From Planctopirus limnophila DSM 3776 (lineage in GTDB: Bacteria; Planctomycetota; Planctomycetia; Planctomycetales; Planctomycetaceae), in assembly GCF_000092105.1 (NCBI RefSeq), contig NC_014148.1, positions 30,001 to 62,000 of the forward strand: a stretch of DNA of 32,000 nucleotides, in the 5' to 3' direction. The position numbers and the translations under genes are program-made. A model generated the notes under the pieces. That model did no database searches, was not told the DNA's origin, and saw only the letters and a list, made by a program, of their open reading frames with translations. Every line of letters begins with the position of its first letter. The stretch's first letter is position 1. Positions 26,951 to 32,000 of this stretch are shown in pieces.

Positions 26951-27087
26951 TGATATGGATTCCAATAATCAATTGGGCTCCCTAGTATGGGGTGGCTGGG
27001 GTTGAGCGTCTTCGCGAACCCCCAGCTAGTACCCAAGATCGCTGGGGTTCGAAGACTCAACCCCAGCCACCCGCCGCGCAGTTGTTC
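26951..27087 (+). repeat. copy 2 of the ~135-bp extragenic repeat; contains an 83-nt imperfect palindrome
   Basis: The left arm gggtggctggggttgag (26990-27006) pairs perfectly with ctcaaccccagccaccc (27056-27072). Inner segments tcttcg/cgaaga and aaccccc-agc/gct-ggggtt also pair, and the loop is ~14 nt. The element starts 10 nt after the stop of 25775-26941. Confidence 0.75.
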
Positions 27088-27211
27088 ATTTGGCTCTGAT
27101 CATGTAAGGCAAACATGTACGCAAGTCATGACTGCAGAAGAGTCTGCTCTATGACGATCGGGCCCACGACAGCAGGTTCAGTCTCAAGACGATCATTGAC
27201 CGCAACAGCGG

Positions 27212-28471
27212 TTATGTGTTCTTGATGTTCGCAATGCAGAAGCTGCCGTAAGTATGCACGCGGTCTTTCGCATGGAGTTCTTCGGCCAGCGGACGATTGT
27301 ACTCGAGGGCTTCACCCAGAGTTTTCTTCTGGCCGTTCACAGTAACCTGAATGGGATTTACGAACTCACCATTGAGGCCAGCTGAACGCCACAATACGCG
27401 GGCATTGGGGGCGGCTTTGTCCATGATCCCCTGCCATTCCTGAGTGAGGATGGCCATGGCTGGATCTTTGGAAAGCCAATCCATGTGATCGAGCAGAATG
27501 AACCGCGAAATCTGATGCGGCGTTTCCTGCAGGAACCCGAGAATGTGGTTGGTATGTGTGCTCACTCGATCGACGGCCCCAGCCTTGAGCTGTGCGAAGC
27601 CTTCGGGCTTCAAATACTCGGGGCAGCATTCGGGCGTGTACTGGCCTGTGAGGTAAACACGCCAGAAGTAGTTATCCTTGATCGGCAGCTTGGTGAAGAC
27701 GGCTTCGACGCGATCCATCACGAACTGCAGAATCCCACCGGGATACTGCTCATCAATCTGCTTACGCTGAGCTCTGGGAACCCCCAGCAGTGCCAGAGTC
27801 ATATCCCGCCGCATGGCCCAGCGGATAAAGGGCCGCCAGAGTGATTCGGCCAGCTTGTACTGCTTGAAAATATCGCGTTGCTGTTCGAGGCTGCTGGCTG
27901 CCAGGATGGCATTGACCCCGTCACGCAGCTTGGCGATCCGGTCGATGTAAACATTGATAATGTAGGCAAATGTGCCCGAAGTGCAGTGAAAATAGAACGA
28001 CTTGCGGCGGGTATCGCCCGTGAAGAAAGCCTTTTTGCGATCCCAGAACTTGCGGGTGGTATCACTCAGTTCCGGTCGCAGCTTTTGTGTGTAAATGGTG
28101 CTCCACTGGGGATGACCACCATTACCAAAAATTTGAAAGAAGTCTTCGTAATCGAGCTTGCGAATGCCAGCCTGCTTGAGTTCCAGCAGTGCATTCTGCC
28201 GCAGATTCATATCGACCGCATGGACGTGGCCTGCACCGGCCAGTGCATAATCCAAAGCGTTGCAACCGGCGGAAGTGATGACCACCACACGGTCATTTGA
28301 AGTCAGTTCGAGGGCTACCCGGTCTAAGCGAGGGTCTTCCCAGCACTGGTTGTAGACCAGATTTCGGCCATGGACGAGGTTAAACCATGTCTTGCTGAGC
28401 TTTTCGACAACCATCCGTCGATTCCCGGTTGCTGATAGTGGCCACACGGGAATCGGAGCAAGCTTCAGCAC
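27212..28471 (-). CDS. DUF3419 family protein, BtaA-like (S-adenosylmethionine:diacylglycerol 3-amino-3-carboxypropyl transferase family)
   Basis: Family hallmarks are NLVYNQCWEDPRLD and VVVITSAGCNALDYALAGAGHVHAVDMN, at ~400 aa length. The GTG start at 28471 overlaps the upstream stop (GTGCTGA). ATG 28414 (MVVEKL...) is an alternative start. Confidence 0.8.
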   Translation of the reverse strand: MLKLAPIPVWPLSATGNRRMVVEKLSKTWFNLVHGRNLVYNQCWEDPRLDRVALELTSNDRVVVITSAGCNALDYALAGAGHVHAVDMNLRQNALLELKQAGIRKLDYEDFFQIFGNGGHPQWSTIYTQKLRPELSDTTRKFWDRKKAFFTGDTRRKSFYFHCTSGTFAYIINVYIDRIAKLRDGVNAILAASSLEQQRDIFKQYKLAESLWRPFIRWAMRRDMTLALLGVPRAQRKQIDEQYPGGILQFVMDRVEAVFTKLPIKDNYFWRVYLTGQYTPECCPEYLKPEGFAQLKAGAVDRVSTHTNHILGFLQETPHQISRFILLDHMDWLSKDPAMAILTQEWQGIMDKAAPNARVLWRSAGLNGEFVNPIQVTVNGQKKTLGEALEYNRPLAEELHAKDRVHTYGSFCIANIKNT

Positions 28472-29700
28472 GGGACAGCAGCCAGATCCTGAGGTGCCAA
28501 TTCACTGCAGGCACAGGCCAGGGCAGGAATGGGCAGAGGCAAGCTGTTGTTCGTCACCGAAGTTTCATGGCTGCAATCTGCAGCACTCGTTTTCCGCGTG
28601 GAGAAAGTTTCAAAGTAATGGATCAATTCCATCTCTCCATGGGCATATTCCACAAACGCGGTGCAATTCTCAACCCAGTCCCCGGTGTTGCAGTACACGA
28701 TTCCGTGACGGTGGTCATGTGCGGGGGTATGGATGTGGCCGCAGATCACCCCTTCGCAACCTTGTTCAAGGGCATACCTGGCCAGACGTTGCTCGAAGGA
28801 GCTGATGTATCGAACAGCCTGTTTGACGCTCCGTTTGACGCGACCGCTGAATGAATAACTGCCACTGGCCGGGGCTTTAAACCATCGGCTGAAGAGCCAG
28901 TTGGCCGAAAGCAGCAAGTCGTAACCAATCGAGGCAACGCCTGAGACCCACTGCGCGCTTTGTTCGACGACATCGAATTTATCGCCGTGAATGACCAGAT
29001 ACTTCCGGCCATCGGCCGCTTCAAAGACAAATTCATCTTCAATCGTGACGAAATCAAACCCCCATTGGAACCGGCGTAAGAACGCATCGTGATTTCCAGG
29101 AGTGAGATAGATTTTTGTGCCGGAGGCGGCCAGATCGTGCAGTCGCGAGAGAATATCGTTGTACACCTGCTTCCAGGCGAACGATTTTTTCAGCTTCCAG
29201 CCATCGATAATGTCACCCACGAGATAGAGCGATTCGGGCTCGACACTCCGTAGAAAATCGAGAAGTTCGACTGCGTGGGCATGTCGGCAACCGAGATGAG
29301 TATCGCTGACAAAGACCGTCCGGATTGCTCGTTCCTGTCGATCTTCGATGGGCGAAAGTCGGCTTTCAACCGAAACACCACGCTCTCGAGGAGCCGGAAA
29401 TTCGCCGAGCAGATCCTTTCCCCGTTTTTGATCCTCACCAGGATGTCTGGGCGCGGGACGCTGAGATCCTGCTGGCCGCCAGTTCCATTCGAGTTGCTCA
29501 AGGGCTTCTCGACCGGGTAGAAAGTGCGTATTTCGTACCGAATGAACGTCAGGCAAAGTTGCCGAAACTTCGGGACTGGATGACAGAAATCGACCTTGAT
29601 TTCCTTCATCAAGCGTGCTGCCGGGGTGCTCGCCATTGGCAAACTCTCGCCCGACAGCCATGGAATTCACAAGCATTTTCGTGGCCCCCTGCAGGATCAC
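28465..29700 (-). CDS. LpxH/COG2908-type calcineurin-like metallophosphoesterase (PlcP-like candidate) with a non-homologous N-terminal extension
   Basis: Metallophosphoesterase motifs occur in order: FVSDTHLG, LVGDIIDGWKL, TPGNHD, VIHGDKFD, CGHIHTP, NTGDW. The catalytic domain begins near residue 127. Confidence 0.8.
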   Translation of the reverse strand: MILQGATKMLVNSMAVGREFANGEHPGSTLDEGNQGRFLSSSPEVSATLPDVHSVRNTHFLPGREALEQLEWNWRPAGSQRPAPRHPGEDQKRGKDLLGEFPAPRERGVSVESRLSPIEDRQERAIRTVFVSDTHLGCRHAHAVELLDFLRSVEPESLYLVGDIIDGWKLKKSFAWKQVYNDILSRLHDLAASGTKIYLTPGNHDAFLRRFQWGFDFVTIEDEFVFEAADGRKYLVIHGDKFDVVEQSAQWVSGVASIGYDLLLSANWLFSRWFKAPASGSYSFSGRVKRSVKQAVRYISSFEQRLARYALEQGCEGVICGHIHTPAHDHRHGIVYCNTGDWVENCTAFVEYAHGEMELIHYFETFSTRKTSAADCSHETSVTNNSLPLPIPALACACSELAPQDLAAVPC

Positions 29701-29926
29701 CCGCCAGATGATTCAGCCCGAAACTGTGCCAGAGGTGATTGTCTCCCAGAACGAAAACCTCTGACCAGAACTTCTGGCTACCTGTCACCGGAGGAGCCTG
29801 CCGACATTGGCAGCATTGCCACGATCCACGCTTTGGGAGCAGCAAAATCAACTTCCCCAGCTTCATATATCATCCAAAACAACATGGTTTCGCGATGAAT
29901 CTCTGGTGAAAGTTCCGCGAATCTCT

Positions 29927-29961
29927 CTCTCAAATCGAACTTTTCTCACGATTTTTGAGAG
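29927..29961 (-). terminator. bulged stem-loop immediately 3' of the methyltransferase gene
   Basis: ctctcaaatcg (29927-29937) pairs with cgatttttgagag (29949-29961), giving 8+3 bp with a 2-nt bulge. There is no U-tract. Confidence 0.3.
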
Positions 29962-29973
29962 CCGCTTTGAACA

Positions 29974-30768
29974 TCAGGCGGCTTTGCGAGCCAGAACCTG
30001 AATCTCGGTGCAGAGCGAAGGCAACGTCTCGCCGGCAGTGCGATTCAATTGCCACCACCACTTCTGGTTTTCCAGCGGCCGGAGCAATCCGCCCGAAAAA
30101 ATACGAAAACCTCGGGCTGCGACAACTTTGACCGGGGCATGCTGAGTCACGGCGCCAATAAATGTCCGCTTGCTGAAAGCCTGCAGGTGGCCGCGTGGTT
30201 TCTTTTTGCCCACGAGTTTATCCACAGCAGGAACCAGATGTTTGCGAACGAGATGAATTCCTTCCGGGAAGATCGGCACTCCGACAATCAGCAATCCCCC
30301 CGGAGCCAGCACCCGACCCAGAGTCGAAATGGCATCATCAACAGTGGGAAGATGCTCCAGTACCTGCTCGCAGACGACCAGATCGAACTGATTCGATTCC
30401 AGAAAATTGAGGCCTCCCATGAGATCGCCGGCATTGAGACTGGCCCAGTTTTCCGGCTTGTAAATGGTCGGTTGCAGAGTGAGATCGACCCCATGCAGAT
30501 CGACAATTTCTGAACCTGGCAGCGCTTCGACATAACGCATGAGCACGCCATTCCAGATCCCCACGTCGAGAATCTTGAGACGACGACCGCGAGCCTGGAA
30601 TTCGGGAATCAGCCGGGCAATTTCTTCACTGACGGCATGATACCGCGCCTGTCTCAAGCTGTACTTTTCTGGCCGAGTCGGATCGACTCCATACGCCAGC
30701 GAAGGCACTTTTGCCGTACTAGTATTTGATTCAGAAACCAGTTGGCTGGTCTTTGTATGAGCGTCCAT
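29974..30768 (-). CDS. class I SAM-dependent methyltransferase
   Basis: The SAM-binding core is KILDVGIWNGVL, followed by FDLVVCEQVLEHLP and LAPGGLLIVGVP. Confidence 0.85.
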   Translation of the reverse strand: MDAHTKTSQLVSESNTSTAKVPSLAYGVDPTRPEKYSLRQARYHAVSEEIARLIPEFQARGRRLKILDVGIWNGVLMRYVEALPGSEIVDLHGVDLTLQPTIYKPENWASLNAGDLMGGLNFLESNQFDLVVCEQVLEHLPTVDDAISTLGRVLAPGGLLIVGVPIFPEGIHLVRKHLVPAVDKLVGKKKPRGHLQAFSKRTFIGAVTQHAPVKVVAARGFRIFSGGLLRPLENQKWWWQLNRTAGETLPSLCTEIQVLARKAA

Positions 30769-31140
30769 GCTCGATCTTTAACTTATCTAGTGGTGCCGTT
30801 GTGTCACAACTGTCGCTGACTCAGACTGTTTCCAGCGAATGAATTCGCGGGATGACAGCCGGGAATAACAAATCATCTTCGTCACTGCACAAGAATGACG
30901 CAAGGTGAGTTTTCTGCCCTGGGACCGCTGCACCGCATCAGACCAGATGTTCCCCCCTCACGGTGCGCTGTTTCCGGTGAATTCGTGATCATTTCACAGG
31001 ATTGGGAACGGCCGTGGCCAACATCAGGAATTCCATTGGCATTTTCGCAAAAAGGCTATTAGGCTGACGAAACGTACCGCTGGGCGAGTACCAGTGGTCG
31101 CCAGAATGACCCGCCAGATCTCTGCCTGAGGAACACACCT

Positions 31141-32000
31141 ATGCTGCATGCTTTACCACGTCTTGCCTGCTTTTCTCCTGAGTTTCTCATGCTTTCGATC
31201 GCAGGCTGCCTGCTTTCGCTCTTTGTCGTTGCTCCTGCACAGGCTCAGGAAGATAACAATCCACCTCCGGGATTTACGGCATTGTTCAACGGAAAAGATC
31301 TGACCGGCTGGTGGGGTCTGGGCACGTATGACCCCCGCAAGCTCGATGCCATGAGTGAAGCCGACTTTGCCGCTTTCAAGGCCAAAAGCCTCGAAGATAT
31401 TGCTCGCCACTGGTCCGTCAAAGATGGCATTCTGATCAATGATGGGCATGGACTTTATCTCACAACCGACAAGACCTTTGGCGATATCGAACTGCTGATC
31501 GATTACAAGACAGTTCCCAAGGCCGACAGTGGCATTTACTTGCGCACCACGCCTCAGGTTCAGATCTGGGACAGCACAGAGACGGCCAAGTTCTCGATTG
31601 GTGCCGACAAAGGCTCAGGTGGTTTATGGAACAATCTTCCCAACCATCCTGGTAAAGATCCGCTCGCCAAAGCTGATAAACCGTTTGGAGAGTGGAATCG
31701 CTTCCGCATCATTCAAGTGGGTGCCCGCACCACGATTTATCTCAACGATCAACTCGTGGTCGATCACGCCATCATGGACAACTACTGGGATAAAGCGGCT
31801 CCTCTTCGCAAGAATGGTTACATCCAACTGCAAACTCACGGCGGTGAGATCAGCTGGCGGAATATCTTCGTCAGAGAAATCGGCAGCGAAGAAGCCAATA
31901 AAATTCTGGCCAGCAAGTCAGAGAGTGGCTTTGAATCGATTTTCGATGGCCAATCACTGGCGGGCTGGGCGGGTGCGGCCGATCAGTACGAAGTTGCCAA
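31141..32000 (+). CDS. exported tandem DUF1080 (3-keto-disaccharide hydrolase family) protein, 3'-truncated by the window edge
   Basis: It is not in the ORF track because there is no stop before nt 32000. My translation from ATG 31141 (GAGGA 8 nt upstream) is MLHALPRLACFSPEFLMLSIAGCLLSLFVVAPAQAQEDNNPPPGFTALFNGKDLTGWWG...GYIQLQTHGGEISWRNIFVREI. A second domain then begins at GFESIFDGQSLAGWAG. Confidence 0.85.
   Translation, partial: MLHALPRLACFSPEFLMLSIAGCLLSLFVVAPAQAQEDNNPPPGFTALFNGKDLTGWWGLGTYDPRKLDAMSEADFAAFKAKSLEDIARHWSVKDGILINDGHGLYLTTDKTFGDIELLIDYKTVPKADSGIYLRTTPQVQIWDSTETAKFSIGADKGSGGLWNNLPNHPGKDPLAKADKPFGEWNRFRIIQVGARTTIYLNDQLVVDHAIMDNYWDKAAPLRKNGYIQLQTHGGEISWRNIFVREIGSEEANKILASKSESGFESIFDGQSLAGWAGAADQYEVA

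Noticed and set aside
26830-27060. Possible coding of the repeat element. Minus-strand translations of the two copies share ...HPI..S...(D/E)YWNPY..., and three of the differences fall at third codon positions.
   Set aside because: A 1-nt indel between the copies shifts the frame just upstream of the shared stretch. Other differences hit first and second positions or whole codons, and both ORFs run antisense into the upstream genes. Nucleotide-level repeat conservation explains the similarity.
27044-27060. A tRNA T-arm-like GGTTCGAAG within both repeat copies (also 19387-19400).
   Set aside because: No 7-nt T-loop closed by a 5-bp stem can be drawn, there is no acceptor, D or anticodon arm context, and there is no CCA-adjacent structure. 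It is simply part of the long palindrome.
30218-30226. A perfect DnaA box, TTATCCACA.
   Set aside because: It is a single occurrence inside the methyltransferase CDS, 11 kb from dnaN, with no cluster and no adjacent AT-rich unwinding element. It is most likely chance.
30802-30830. Pho-box-like TGTCAC / TGTCGC / CTGTT reiterations upstream of the methyltransferase gene.
   Set aside because: The spacing is 9 nt rather than the ~11-nt phasing of PhoB boxes, the half-sites are weak, and the Planctomycetota PhoB motif is unknown to me. I keep it only as something to test under the lipid-cluster finding.

Overview
This looks like an ordinary chromosomal region of a Planctomycetota-type genome. The lineage call rests on gene content: three DUF1559 prepilin-leader paralogs, a giant PVC-type heme-binding CxxCH protein, a Tat-exported Gfo/Idh/MocA oxidoreductase and DUF1080 proteins. 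I support 24 CDS, two of them cut by the window edges. One of these, on the + strand at 31141-32000, is missing from the ORF track because it has no stop in the window. Recognisable housekeeping genes are ccsA (5' partial), a hisS-SUI1/yciH operon and dnaN. I saw no rRNA, tRNA, CRISPR array, transposase or integrase. Several stem-loops sit where terminators are expected. The most interesting observations are: (1) a minus-strand cluster of SAM methyltransferase, PlcP/LpxH-type metallophosphoesterase and BtaA-like DUF3419 protein (27212-30768), which could convert phospholipid to a betaine lipid at one locus; (2) a ~135-bp extragenic element with a long internal palindrome, present twice in the same orientation just 3' of dnaN and of a secreted hydrolase; (3) a possible operon of cytochrome c peroxidase, DUF1559 protein and an uncharacterised single-CxxCH protein; (4) a Tat-Gfo/Idh/MocA plus DUF1080 pair suggesting periplasmic oxidative sugar or glycoside processing. 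All functional calls come from motifs read by eye in the translations. No database search was run.
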